Shown here: positions 50,764 to 62,120 of the stretch, piece by piece
Numbering within the stretch: position 1 is the first letter of the stretch
Layout of the letters: each line of letters opens with the position of its first letter
Notes under the pieces: generated by a model
What the model was told of the DNA's origin: nothing
What the model saw: the letters and a program-made list of their open reading frames with translations, nothing else
Databases searched by the model: none
From: an uncultured SAR86 cluster bacterium
GTDB lineage: Bacteria > Pseudomonadota > Gammaproteobacteria > Magnimaribacterales > D2472
Length of the DNA: 64,000 nucleotides
Direction: 5' to 3'
NCBI GenBank assembly: GCA_902628925.1
Contig: CACOPA010000001.1
Location: 253,517-317,516 of the forward strand
Position numbers and translations under genes: made by a program

Positions 50764-53178
50764 ATGCTTCATTTTATTTACAGGTTTTTCCATTTAATTC
50801 TTAACCTTTTAATCGCGGCTACTCTATTATCAATTACAGTAATCCTTACAGGATATTTTTACTTTAAGCCTTCATTGCCCTCCATTGATTTGGTTGATGA
50901 GAATGTTCTTCAGGTTCCCATGAAAATATTTTCTGCTGATGAAAAATTAATCGGTGAGTTTGGCGAGCAAAAAAGAAGGACTCTTTCATTTGATGAGATA
51001 CCTGAAAATGTTAAATATGCTTTTTTAGCTGCGGAAGATGATCAGTTCTTTTCACATACAGGATTTAGGTTGCTTTCATTCACAAGGGCTTTATTACAGA
51101 TTGTTCGATATCGCGAAATTGTGAGCGGTGGAGGTACCATTACAATGCAAGTTGTTAGAGGTTATTTGCTAAGCAGGGATCAAAATGCAATTCGAAAACT
51201 TAAAGAAATCTATTTAGCTTTTGAGCTTGAAAGCAAGGCTACCAAGGAAGAAATTTTTTCTCTTTACGTGAATAGAATTTTTTTAGGAAATAGAGCATAT
51301 GGTGTTGAGTCAGCTGCTGAAGTATATTTTGGAAAGTCAGTTGAAGAGCTTAGCCTCGATGAAGCTGCATTGATTGCTGCCTCAGCACAACTCCCATCAC
51401 GTATTAATCCTATTCGAAATCCTGAGAGATCAAAGATACGACGTAATTGGATTCTTCAGAGAATGCATAAGCTTGGATACATAGGAAAAGGACAATATTT
51501 ATTTAATGCTCGAAAACCAATCAATCTTTTCAATGAAACTGACAGCTTTGAATCAAATGCAGAATATTTTGCAGAGCTAGTCAGGCAGACAATGATTGAG
51601 AGGTATGGACTTGATGCATACAACCTAGGATGGAATATATTCACAACATTAGACACAGAAATGCAAAATCACGCAGAAGACGCCATATTTAAAAATATTG
51701 AGATTTATTCAGAGCGTTATGGGTGGATTGAAAAAAATAATTTTGCTGAAGAACTAGGAGATCAATTCTTTGATCAGATAATTCTTAATGGACCATCAAT
51801 AATTTTTGATGCTGTTGACGAAGCTGATGATTCTGAATCAATTTTTAACAAGCTGGGTGAGATTTTTGAGAGCCATAAAATTCCTGATCGATATTTACGA
51901 GCATTGGTTGCTGATGTCCAAAAAGATCAAGTAACTGTTTTAACAGAGAATTATGATAAAGAAATTTTAATTTGGGATGATCAATACGGTTGGGCTAGAA
52001 AGCGATCAAACAATAAAAAAGGTCCAAAGCCAGATAATTTTTTTGATCTTGTAAGAAAAGGTGATCTGGTTACATTATCTAATAACGAATCCAATCAGCG
52101 AATTATTCAAATTCCACCTGCTGAGGCGGCATTTGTTTCCATGAATCCTAAAAATGGTCACGTTAAAACCTATATTGGCGGTACAAACTTTTTGAAAACC
52201 AAGTTTGATCGAGTTAGGCAATCTTTTCCGCAAACTGGATCAAGCTTCAAACCTTTTATCTATGCAAGTGCTATCTCTAGAGGTTATGACGCATCATCTC
52301 TGATTAATGATGCACCGATCATATTTGAAGACGAAAATCTAGAAGATTATTGGAGACCAGAAAATTACACAAAAAAATTCTATGGTTTAACAAGGTTAAG
52401 AGAGGCACTCGTTCAGTCCATTAATATTGTCTCAATTAAACTTCTCAGAAATATTGGCGTTGAAAATGTAAGAAATGATCTTCAAGCATTTGGTTTTGAA
52501 AAAAGAAGATTGCCAAGTGATCTGTCTTTGGCACTAGGATCATCTAGTTTCTCACCAATTGAAATGACAAGAGCTTTTTCAATCTTAGTTAACGAAGGCA
52601 AGGTTCAAGAGCCTGTGTACATAACAAAGGTAGAGGACAGGAACGGCAACATCATTTATGAACATCAATCTTTTAATGATGACAAGGCAAAGGATAATAT
52701 TAATTTCCCTTGGATTAATAATGAAAAAAACATAAAGCCAATTCAATTAATAAGTGAGGTTGGTTCTGTAGAAGACTTTGATCCAAGGTCGACATATGTA
52801 GTAAAAGACATTTTAAGAGAAGCAATGCAAAGAGGCTCAAACCGCAGAAGGACAGAGTCAATATTGAGAAACGATTTTGGTGGAAAGACAGGAACAACGA
52901 ATGATTCAATTAGCACATGGTTTTCAGGATTTCATGAAGATTTAGTGACAACTGTCTGGATTGGCAATGATGATTTTTCGTCGCTTGGGGAGGACGAGTT
53001 TGGATCCACAATTGCATTACCAATTTGGGTGAGTTTTATGGAGGAGGTGATCCCACAGCTTCCTGAATATAAGGCAAGCATTCCACAAGGAATCTCATTT
53101 GTGAGAGTCAATAAAGAAACAGGTGAAAGATCAGATGACCTTGGTGATGATGCCTATTTTGAATTGTTGCTAGATTAG
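50764..53178 (+). CDS. mrcA: penicillin-binding protein 1A (bifunctional transglycosylase/transpeptidase)
   Basis: 804 aa with an N-terminal anchor, GT51 motifs (EDDQFFSHTGF, GGGTITMQ, RKLKE), and transpeptidase motifs SSFKPF and KTGTTND. Confidence 0.92.
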   Translation: MLHFIYRFFHLILNLLIAATLLSITVILTGYFYFKPSLPSIDLVDENVLQVPMKIFSADEKLIGEFGEQKRRTLSFDEIPENVKYAFLAAEDDQFFSHTGFRLLSFTRALLQIVRYREIVSGGGTITMQVVRGYLLSRDQNAIRKLKEIYLAFELESKATKEEIFSLYVNRIFLGNRAYGVESAAEVYFGKSVEELSLDEAALIAASAQLPSRINPIRNPERSKIRRNWILQRMHKLGYIGKGQYLFNARKPINLFNETDSFESNAEYFAELVRQTMIERYGLDAYNLGWNIFTTLDTEMQNHAEDAIFKNIEIYSERYGWIEKNNFAEELGDQFFDQIILNGPSIIFDAVDEADDSESIFNKLGEIFESHKIPDRYLRALVADVQKDQVTVLTENYDKEILIWDDQYGWARKRSNNKKGPKPDNFFDLVRKGDLVTLSNNESNQRIIQIPPAEAAFVSMNPKNGHVKTYIGGTNFLKTKFDRVRQSFPQTGSSFKPFIYASAISRGYDASSLINDAPIIFEDENLEDYWRPENYTKKFYGLTRLREALVQSINIVSIKLLRNIGVENVRNDLQAFGFEKRRLPSDLSLALGSSSFSPIEMTRAFSILVNEGKVQEPVYITKVEDRNGNIIYEHQSFNDDKAKDNINFPWINNEKNIKPIQLISEVGSVEDFDPRSTYVVKDILREAMQRGSNRRRTESILRNDFGGKTGTTNDSISTWFSGFHEDLVTTVWIGNDDFSSLGEDEFGSTIALPIWVSFMEEVIPQLPEYKASIPQGISFVRVNKETGERSDDLGDDAYFELLLD

Positions 53179-53179
53179 C

Positions 53180-53743
53180 CTATTTCAGAATCGATCTTTC
53201 AAGTATTTGCCAGTAATTATCTAAGTAACTGCTTGGATTTTCTTTAAATTCATTGCGAATAAATCTTGCTACTATTCCTTCAAGGCCAGTGATTACTATT
53301 TGCGCACATAGGCCCGCAGGAGCAACGAGTTTTTTTTCATCAGCAAGTATTTGTTTTACGGATAACTCAAGGCTATTGAAGAATTGGTTAACAGCATCAA
53401 TTACATTTTTTTCAGCTGGCCCCAATGCTTCTCTAGAAAGAATTCTCGCAAAACCTTTATTTTTTTCAACAAACATTACCAAGAAGAAGAAAAGAATTTT
53501 GATTTGTTCTATTGAATTCTTATTTGTTTTTTTTAATTCAGATATTTTCTCTCGAATTGAAACATCACAAAAATTAAATAATTCTAGGTAGATTGTTCGC
53601 TTACTTGGAAAATGACGATATAGTGCAGCTTCAGTAATTCTTGATTCTTTTGCTAAAAGTGCTGTAGTTATTTTGGAAGGATTTCTTTTTTCTAACAGTT
53701 GCGCTAGGGCCTGTAAAATTATTTGTTTCCTTTCATTCTTCAT
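53180..53743 (-). CDS. TetR-family regulator, SlmA-like (nucleoid occlusion factor-like)
   Basis: 187 aa with HTH ITTALLAKESRITEAALYRHFPSK. The C-terminal GLEGIVARFIRNEFKENPSSYLDNYW resembles the E. coli SlmA C-terminus as I recall it. Confidence 0.6.
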   Translation of the reverse strand: MKNERKQIILQALAQLLEKRNPSKITTALLAKESRITEAALYRHFPSKRTIYLELFNFCDVSIREKISELKKTNKNSIEQIKILFFFLVMFVEKNKGFARILSREALGPAEKNVIDAVNQFFNSLELSVKQILADEKKLVAPAGLCAQIVITGLEGIVARFIRNEFKENPSSYLDNYWQILERSILK

Positions 53744-55113
53744 ATTTTATCAATTATCTTATCAAGATTAGGGTGTACTTTTTGAAATTCATCATTAAAT
53801 TTTCTGATTATGCCATCTAAACTTTTTTGACTTGTGCCTTCAAATCTAAGGACTAGTTTAGGTGTTGTATTAGAAGCCCTCAAAAGACCCCATCCATCTC
53901 CAAACTCAACTCTTAGGCCGTCCAACGTACTTACTGATGCGTTTTCAAATGATGCGTTCTTCTTAAACTGATCTACGATTTGAAATTTCTTATCTTCATC
54001 GACATCGAGATTTATTTCAGGTGTGGTAAAGCCGTCTGGAAATTCACCAAGTAGCTCAGAAAGTTCAGATTCATTTTCAATCAATATCTTTATAAGTCTA
54101 AATCCAGAGTAATGAGCATCATCAAAGCCATACCAATCATCGTTAAAGAAAATATGGCCACTCATTTCACCCGCTAGTTGGGCATTAGTTTTTCTCAGCA
54201 TCTTTTTAATGTGAAAATGACCTGTAGGTGACATAATTGGTTCACCTCCATAGCTTAAGATCACATCTTTTAATCTATTAGTGCATTTAACATCAAAAAT
54301 AATTTTTGCTTGTGGTGTGTTTTTAAGAATATCCTTTGCAAGCAACATCAAAAATTTATCTTGTGGAATAATATTGCCTTTATTATCAACAACTCCAAGC
54401 CTGTCTCCATCTCCATCAAAAGCCAAGCCAATATTAGCTTTTTCACTTAAAACTTTATCTGAAAGATCTTTTAAGTTTTCAGGATTGCCTGGATCAGGGT
54501 GATGGTTTGGAAAACTGCCATCAACCTCACTGTAGATTTCAACTACACTAAATCCAAGTGCTGTAAAAAGCTTTGGAGCTATAACGCCTGCAGCGCCATT
54601 GCCACAATCAATAACAACTTTAATTTTGTCTTTTGGCTGAATGCTTTTTGATTTTACTTCCTCAATATAATTATCAATAACATCTTCGTTTACAGAGGCA
54701 GTGCCTTTACTAGTTGCATTATTTGGTGTGCCTATAAGCTCAAATATCTCTTTACCTGATACTGGCTCATCATTGATAATCATTTTAATACCGTTATATT
54801 CTTTTGGGTTATGGCTTCCCGTAACCATAATTCCGCTTTTGGAGCTATGTTTTTTCGCAGCATAGTAAAGCAACGGACTTGTAACAATACCTATATTTTC
54901 AACATTTATTCCATTATTTATTAATGAATTTTCGAGAGCATTCATTAATGATTTTCCAGATAAGCGACCGTCTCTTCCAAGGACAATGCTATCAATACTT
55001 AATTGATTACATTTATAAGCTATCGCATTACCTATTCCAAAATATATATCTTCATTAAGGTCAATAGGATAAATACCTCTGATGTCATATTCTCTGAAAA
55101 TATTTTTGTTCAT
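53740..55113 (-). CDS. phosphomannomutase/phosphoglucomutase (AlgC-type)
   Basis: 457 aa with the phosphoserine loop GIMVTGSHNP, metal loop FDGDGDR, and GEMSGH. Confidence 0.9.
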   Translation of the reverse strand: MNKNIFREYDIRGIYPIDLNEDIYFGIGNAIAYKCNQLSIDSIVLGRDGRLSGKSLMNALENSLINNGINVENIGIVTSPLLYYAAKKHSSKSGIMVTGSHNPKEYNGIKMIINDEPVSGKEIFELIGTPNNATSKGTASVNEDVIDNYIEEVKSKSIQPKDKIKVVIDCGNGAAGVIAPKLFTALGFSVVEIYSEVDGSFPNHHPDPGNPENLKDLSDKVLSEKANIGLAFDGDGDRLGVVDNKGNIIPQDKFLMLLAKDILKNTPQAKIIFDVKCTNRLKDVILSYGGEPIMSPTGHFHIKKMLRKTNAQLAGEMSGHIFFNDDWYGFDDAHYSGFRLIKILIENESELSELLGEFPDGFTTPEINLDVDEDKKFQIVDQFKKNASFENASVSTLDGLRVEFGDGWGLLRASNTTPKLVLRFEGTSQKSLDGIIRKFNDEFQKVHPNLDKIIDKI

Positions 55114-55170
55114 CTAAAAGTCTTTTAGAATTTCATATTTTAACCTTGTTTGTCATAATACAGCGCTTAA

Positions 55171-56088
55171 ATGTTTATAAATACAGATTCAAAATTCATT
55201 TGGATGAACGGAGAGTTTCTTAAATGGGATGAAACTAAGGTTCATGCGCTTACTCATACTCTGCATTATGGTGTAGGTGTCTTTGAGGGGGTAAGAGCTT
55301 ATAAAAATGATTTAGGCGGAGCAATATTTAGATTAGATGATCATACAAGAAGGCTCTTTGATGCAGCTTCAAAGGTAAACATTGTTATTCCTTACTCAAT
55401 AGAAGACTTAAATCAAATTCAAAAAGATACTCTAAAACAAAATAAGTTAGAGGAGGCCTACATTAGACCGATTGTTTTTTTTGGTTCTGAGGAACTAGGA
55501 TTGCGAGCAAGCGATCTCTCAGTTAATGTTGCTGTTGCCTGTTGGGAGTGGCCCTCATACATGGATCCAGAGAAGAAAAAAAATGGGATAAGCATTGTTA
55601 CCTCTCCGTATAAACAATATGAAAACCCACTTTATTCAAATAATAAAATAGTTGGCACCTATGTAAATTCAATAATGGCTCTTCACGATGCCCTAGCAAG
55701 AGGATCGGATGAAGCATTGCTGATGGATATTAAGGGCAATATTTCAGAAGGCAGCGGTGAGAATTTGTTCATTGTAAAAAACGGAGACATTTTTACTCCA
55801 ACTACTGAAAACTGTCTAAATGGTATAACCAGGCAAAGCATAATAAAAATAGCATCAGATCTTAATCTGAAAGTAAAAGAATTAAATCTTAAGTACGAAG
55901 ATTTATTGGATGCCGATGAGGCTTTTTTTACAGGGACCGCTGTCGAGGTAACACCGATTTCCAGGGTGGATGATAGGATTATTGGGTCAGGGAAGATTGG
56001 TTCTATAACTCAAAAACTTCAATCAATATTTGAAGACATAGTTTCTGCAAAAAATGATCAATATAAAAACTGGCTATATCAGATTTAA
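55171..56088 (+). CDS. ilvE: branched-chain amino acid aminotransferase
   Basis: 305 aa, class-IV aminotransferase (GVFEGVRAY, EGSGENLF, GITR, FFTGTAVEVTPI). Confidence 0.92.
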   Translation: MFINTDSKFIWMNGEFLKWDETKVHALTHTLHYGVGVFEGVRAYKNDLGGAIFRLDDHTRRLFDAASKVNIVIPYSIEDLNQIQKDTLKQNKLEEAYIRPIVFFGSEELGLRASDLSVNVAVACWEWPSYMDPEKKKNGISIVTSPYKQYENPLYSNNKIVGTYVNSIMALHDALARGSDEALLMDIKGNISEGSGENLFIVKNGDIFTPTTENCLNGITRQSIIKIASDLNLKVKELNLKYEDLLDADEAFFTGTAVEVTPISRVDDRIIGSGKIGSITQKLQSIFEDIVSAKNDQYKNWLYQI

Positions 56089-56106
56089 TATATAAAAGAT
56101 CTTAGA

Positions 56107-57354
56107 GTGAGAAAATTTAAAATAGCTTTTTTAAGTTATCGAAGTGCACCCTTCAGTGGAGGGCAAGGTATATATGTTTATGAGCTTAGCAGGGCTTTTA
56201 GAGATTTAGGCCATGAAGTAGATATTATCTCTGGCCCCCCTTATCCAAAGTTAGCTGATGGGATTAATCTAATAAAACTGCCTGGCTTAGATCTTTTTAG
56301 CACATTTAATTTTCGTGACAGATTAAATTTATTTTTTAATAAGAAAAATAAAGATTTTGATGATTATTATGAATTTTTTATAGCTTTGATTGGAGGATTT
56401 CCTGAAATGAAAACATTTGGAAATCGAGCAAAAAATTATTTATCAACCAGAAAAGAATACGATTTTGTTATCGATAATCAATCTCTTTCTTATGCAATGA
56501 TTAAAATTCAAGAAGAATTTCCTCTTTTTCAGGTTATCCATCATCCTATCCCAAGGGATAAAGAGTATGAATTAAAGTACGCTAAAGGTATTGTAAAAAA
56601 GATCTTTATACGAAGCTGGTATTCATTTCTAAAAATGCAATCAAAAGTTGCTCCCAAAATGCATAATATTATTTCTCCATCCAAAAGCTCCAAGAATGAC
56701 ATTCAGAAGTACTTTCATATAGATGCAAGTAAAATTCATGTAATTCCAAATGGTATTGATACGGTGATATTTAAACCAAATCCAATGATTTCAAAGAAAC
56801 CATTCAAGTTAATTACAACGGCAAGTGCAGACGTGCCTTTAAAAGGCCTAGATTTCACTCTTAGGGCGATAGCTGTTGCGAAAGAAAGGTACCCATTAAT
56901 TAATTTGGTAGTTATTGGAAAGCCGAGATCTGGAGGACATACTGAAAGATTAATTTCTAAACTAGGTATTGATGAGTTCGTGTCATTTAAAACTAATTTG
57001 ACCAATCAAGAGGTTAGTGATGAATATGCTTCCAGCCAAATTGCAATTGTAAGTTCTTTGTATGAGGGGTTTGGATTTCCAGTTGGAGAAGCTATGGCAT
57101 GTGCTGTTCCTCTTATTGCTACAGATGTTGCTTCAATACCTGAGATTACTGGACCTTACGCTGAGATGATTGCCCCCGAAAGTCATGAAGATATTTTTAA
57201 CTCATTGAATAATATTTTCCAGAACTATGATCACTACATGAAAAAAGCTAATTTAGGACGAGATCACATATTACAAAAGTTTAGTTGGTCAGTTATTGCA
57301 AACAGTTATATAGACCATATCTCTTCAATTTTAACTACGCATGCTGACATTTAA
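56107..57354 (+). CDS. glycosyltransferase family 4 (GT-B, group 1)
   Basis: 415 aa with a GTG start. N-terminal GGQGIYVYELS and C-terminal EGFGFPVGEAMACAVPLIATDV (EX7E region). Confidence 0.85.
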   Translation: MRKFKIAFLSYRSAPFSGGQGIYVYELSRAFRDLGHEVDIISGPPYPKLADGINLIKLPGLDLFSTFNFRDRLNLFFNKKNKDFDDYYEFFIALIGGFPEMKTFGNRAKNYLSTRKEYDFVIDNQSLSYAMIKIQEEFPLFQVIHHPIPRDKEYELKYAKGIVKKIFIRSWYSFLKMQSKVAPKMHNIISPSKSSKNDIQKYFHIDASKIHVIPNGIDTVIFKPNPMISKKPFKLITTASADVPLKGLDFTLRAIAVAKERYPLINLVVIGKPRSGGHTERLISKLGIDEFVSFKTNLTNQEVSDEYASSQIAIVSSLYEGFGFPVGEAMACAVPLIATDVASIPEITGPYAEMIAPESHEDIFNSLNNIFQNYDHYMKKANLGRDHILQKFSWSVIANSYIDHISSILTTHADI

Positions 57355-58045
57355 TTTCTCAAATATTTATTTATCACGTGGGGACAAAATACTGGATGTC
57401 GGGTGCGGAGAGGGTAGACATATTTTTGGAGCAATGGATGCTCAGTCAGGTCTAAATCTTTTTGGAGTTGATATGGATATTCCATCAATAGAAAAGAGCA
57501 ATCAAGGCTTGGATTTTTTTAGAGAGATGGATTTTAACTTAGTAAAATTTTTACAAGGCTCAATCTATAATCTCCCTTTTAAAGATAATGAATTAGACAT
57601 TGTGATTTGCTCTGAAGTCTTGGAGCACTTAGAGGACTACAACAAAGCAATTCAAGAAATCCATAGAGTGCTAAAGCCGGGAGGATATTTTCTTGCAAGC
57701 GTCCCATCATTCTTGCCGGAGAAAATATGCTGGATGCTATCAAAGGAATATCAAAATATGCCAGGCGGCCACGTTAGAATTTTTAAAAAATCAAATATCT
57801 TAAAAGTAATGCAAGACCATAATTTTTCTTTTATTCAATCTGAAAAATATCATGCATTTCATTCTGCCTATTGGTGGCTTAGATGCATCTTTTGGAAAAC
57901 ACAAGAAAATAATTTTTTAGTAAAGGTTTATAAAAAAATACTCGAAAGGCATATCTTAAAAAATACCCCAATCATGGATGTAATAGAAAAATTACTTAAT
58001 CCCATACTTGGAAAGAGTATTAGTTTTTATTTTAAGAAAAATTAA
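57341..58045 (+). CDS. class I SAM-dependent methyltransferase (type 11)
   Basis: 234 aa with motif I ILDVGCGEGRH and a post-I acidic residue. It overlaps the GT4 gene by 14 nt. Confidence 0.8.
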   Translation: MLTFNFSNIYLSRGDKILDVGCGEGRHIFGAMDAQSGLNLFGVDMDIPSIEKSNQGLDFFREMDFNLVKFLQGSIYNLPFKDNELDIVICSEVLEHLEDYNKAIQEIHRVLKPGGYFLASVPSFLPEKICWMLSKEYQNMPGGHVRIFKKSNILKVMQDHNFSFIQSEKYHAFHSAYWWLRCIFWKTQENNFLVKVYKKILERHILKNTPIMDVIEKLLNPILGKSISFYFKKN

Positions 58046-58048
58046 TAT

Positions 58049-59062
58049 ATGGCTATCCATTCTTCGGAAGATTTTATTTATCACCTAGGCAATAAGCTTA
58101 AGGAATATCAAAATTCTGATGGTTCAATAATTTGTAAGGACGATCAAACTCATGATCATTGGGATCATTTAGAAGCATGCATTGGTCTTGGTATTGCAGG
58201 ATTTAAACATGAATTTGAGAGAGGACTAGAATGGTCTCGACTTAATCAAAACATGGATGGAAGTTGGTATGAAGAATACAAAAAATCTAATCCCACAAAG
58301 TTTAATAAACAATCAAATCATGCTGCTTATTTTGCAACAGCACTCGCATTCCATTACATCCTTTTTCAAGATAAAGCCTTTATTAAAAAAAATTGGAACT
58401 GCCTTCTTATGGCAAATGATTTCCTTTTGGATATGCAGTCTGAATCGGGCGCATTTATTTGGAACATTGATGAAGATGGTGAGTACGATATTGACTTTTT
58501 GCTTACCGGTAATAGTTCGATAGTTAAAAGCCTTGAATGCTCAATTTTCCTTGCAGATGAAATGGGAGAATTCTCAAATAAGGATAAATGGTATGAAATT
58601 TATCAAAGTGCAAAAAAATGTATTCAAGCACCAAAAAACAATTTTGATTTAAAAGCTGATAGAAGTAATTTTTCTATGGATGCCTATTATCCAGTTCTAT
58701 CTGGAGCATTATCAGCAGAACAAGAGGATGTGTATTTAGAAAAAACAATGCAGATATTCTATGTTGATGGACTAGGAGTAAAGTGTGTTGCAGAAGAACC
58801 ATGGGTTACTGTGGCCGAGACATGTGAATTTTGTATTGCCCTAGTAAAAGCTGGACAAAGAGAAAGGGCAATTAAAATCTTAGAGGAAGTTAAAACCATT
58901 AGCGATGACGAACAGATTCCATATATGGGATGGCAATTTAATGAAAAAATATTTTGGCCTTTTGAGCAGCCAAGTTGGACCATTGCTGCGTTAATTCTTG
59001 CAGAAGATGCTATATATAATGCATCAAGAGCATCACGAGTCTTTACAACTAATTTAGCTTAA
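58049..59062 (+). CDS. alpha/alpha-toroid protein, prenyltransferase/squalene-oxidase-repeat-like
   Basis: 337 aa with repeated DGS(W/I) aromatic-rich segments (QNSDGSI, QNMDGSWYEEY, SESGAFIWN) reminiscent of terpenoid cyclase/prenyltransferase repeats. It starts 3 nt after the methyltransferase. Confidence 0.5.
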   Translation: MAIHSSEDFIYHLGNKLKEYQNSDGSIICKDDQTHDHWDHLEACIGLGIAGFKHEFERGLEWSRLNQNMDGSWYEEYKKSNPTKFNKQSNHAAYFATALAFHYILFQDKAFIKKNWNCLLMANDFLLDMQSESGAFIWNIDEDGEYDIDFLLTGNSSIVKSLECSIFLADEMGEFSNKDKWYEIYQSAKKCIQAPKNNFDLKADRSNFSMDAYYPVLSGALSAEQEDVYLEKTMQIFYVDGLGVKCVAEEPWVTVAETCEFCIALVKAGQRERAIKILEEVKTISDDEQIPYMGWQFNEKIFWPFEQPSWTIAALILAEDAIYNASRASRVFTTNLA

Positions 59063-59658
59063 TACTTAAGACAAACTGTTGTATCAACTCTATCAAAAAT
59101 CTTAAAACCATCATCGATGGCCTTTTGGAAGACTTTATACGGTGCTTGGCCTCCTTTGCTAGGATCTTCATAGATATCATGAAAGGCCAAGGCACCACGC
59201 TTTTCAATTAAATGTTTCCAGTTTTCATAGTCATTACTTGCTGACTCAAAACTATGACCACCATCTATAAATAACATCCCCAATCTTGTTTGCCATGATT
59301 GTGAAATAGTATTTGCGTCGCCAATTATTGGGATTATGTTTTTAATTTCTTTAACTTCCTCTAGATTTTTTTGGAGTAACGGAACAGTATTTACCCTGTT
59401 AAGGGTCTCATCAAAATTTTCTTGATCAAAATACTCCTCTCCAAGCTGATGCTCTTCAGACCCTCGATGATGATCAATTGTATAAACTATCTGATTATTT
59501 TTTCTTGAGCCATAAGCTAAGAATGCAGCAGACTTCCCTCCAAATGTTCCTATTTCTAAAATAGGACCTACTTTTGAGAATTTTTCCGCCCATTTTGCTA
59601 AAGCCTCTCCCTCATGCAGCGGCATATATCCTTTTAATGAATTGATCTTATTTAGCAT
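59059..59658 (-). CDS. class I SAM-dependent methyltransferase (Methyltransf_24/O-MT-like)
   Basis: 199 aa with ILEIGTFGGKSAAFLA (motif I) and FIDGGHSFESASND. Confidence 0.7.
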   Translation of the reverse strand: MLNKINSLKGYMPLHEGEALAKWAEKFSKVGPILEIGTFGGKSAAFLAYGSRKNNQIVYTIDHHRGSEEHQLGEEYFDQENFDETLNRVNTVPLLQKNLEEVKEIKNIIPIIGDANTISQSWQTRLGMLFIDGGHSFESASNDYENWKHLIEKRGALAFHDIYEDPSKGGQAPYKVFQKAIDDGFKIFDRVDTTVCLKY

Positions 59659-60490
59659 CTTTATAAAACTCTTTTCCTAGAGAACTTTTAAATCTTTTAT
59701 GATGCCAAAGGTACTCACCAGGATTTCTCCTAATCGATGATTCAATTCTTTGACTAATCATTTCAGTTGAAGCAATGTCATTATTTTTAGATATTTCTTC
59801 AAGGTTAATTCGAAGCGCACCTTGTTCAAACCATGAGTCTAAAAAAACAACGTTACAATTTGTTATCTCTTGCAGTCTTTCAGCAGTTGTAATTGTGTAG
59901 GTTGGTATCCCAAAAAAATTTATTTTTTTTGAATGTTTTATTCCATAATCTTGATCAATTGCATACAGAACATTTTTTCCCTTCTTTAACCACTTAATAA
60001 ATCTTAAAGTTTCTTTTTTAGATGCTGTATCTTTAACAGCTCTTTTCCTGCCCGAATTAATAATTTTATGCATATATGGAGAGTTATGCTCTCTACCTAC
60101 ACCATACAGTTCTGCTTGCATCCCTAAAATCCTTGCATCCAGCTCCAAGTGCAAAGAATGTTTAAAGATAATTAAATTTCCTTGTGAACTATTATTTATT
60201 AGCTCCAAGTTAGTTATCTTGCTAGGAAGTTCTTTTTTAATTCTTGCATCGCTCCAAAACCATGCAATTCCCATATCGAAGATTGATAGGGAAGCAGCCT
60301 CAAGGTTCTTCTTGAAAATACCCTTAAGTTCTTGTTGATTCATTTCTTTAAAGCATAGCTTTATATTTTTCTTAGCAACTTTGATTCGATTAAATAAAAA
60401 TATTCTTAATAAGAATGAAAATAGTTTTGCACCATGAAACCTTCGAGGGATTCGAATGATTAATTTCCATAAGAAAATAATGATGCTCAT
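59648..60490 (-). CDS. lipid A biosynthesis (Kdo)2-lipid IVA acyltransferase family (LpxL/HtrB-like)
   Basis: 280 aa with an N-terminal anchor, the lysophospholipid acyltransferase layout, and C-terminal PGEYLWHHKRFK typical of LpxL/M. It is divergent from waaA. Confidence 0.8.
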   Translation of the reverse strand: MSIIIFLWKLIIRIPRRFHGAKLFSFLLRIFLFNRIKVAKKNIKLCFKEMNQQELKGIFKKNLEAASLSIFDMGIAWFWSDARIKKELPSKITNLELINNSSQGNLIIFKHSLHLELDARILGMQAELYGVGREHNSPYMHKIINSGRKRAVKDTASKKETLRFIKWLKKGKNVLYAIDQDYGIKHSKKINFFGIPTYTITTAERLQEITNCNVVFLDSWFEQGALRINLEEISKNNDIASTEMISQRIESSIRRNPGEYLWHHKRFKSSLGKEFYKDAK

Positions 60491-60538
60491 ATTTTTTAAT
60501 AAAACCGTTATTATTACATTTAAAGTATTCTCACATTG

Positions 60539-62118
<1,580 letters not shown>

Positions 62119-62120
62119 AC

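Noticed and set aside
53253-53591. 112-aa plus-strand ORF inside the TetR/SlmA-like gene
   Set aside because: Antisense shadow. The minus-strand frame carries the TetR HTH.
58257-58523. 88-aa alternative-frame plus-strand ORF inside the toroid-protein gene, and the 58759-58983 minus-strand ORF
   Set aside because: Both are internal to a longer, continuous ORF that is tightly coupled to its neighbours. There is no start context or motif.
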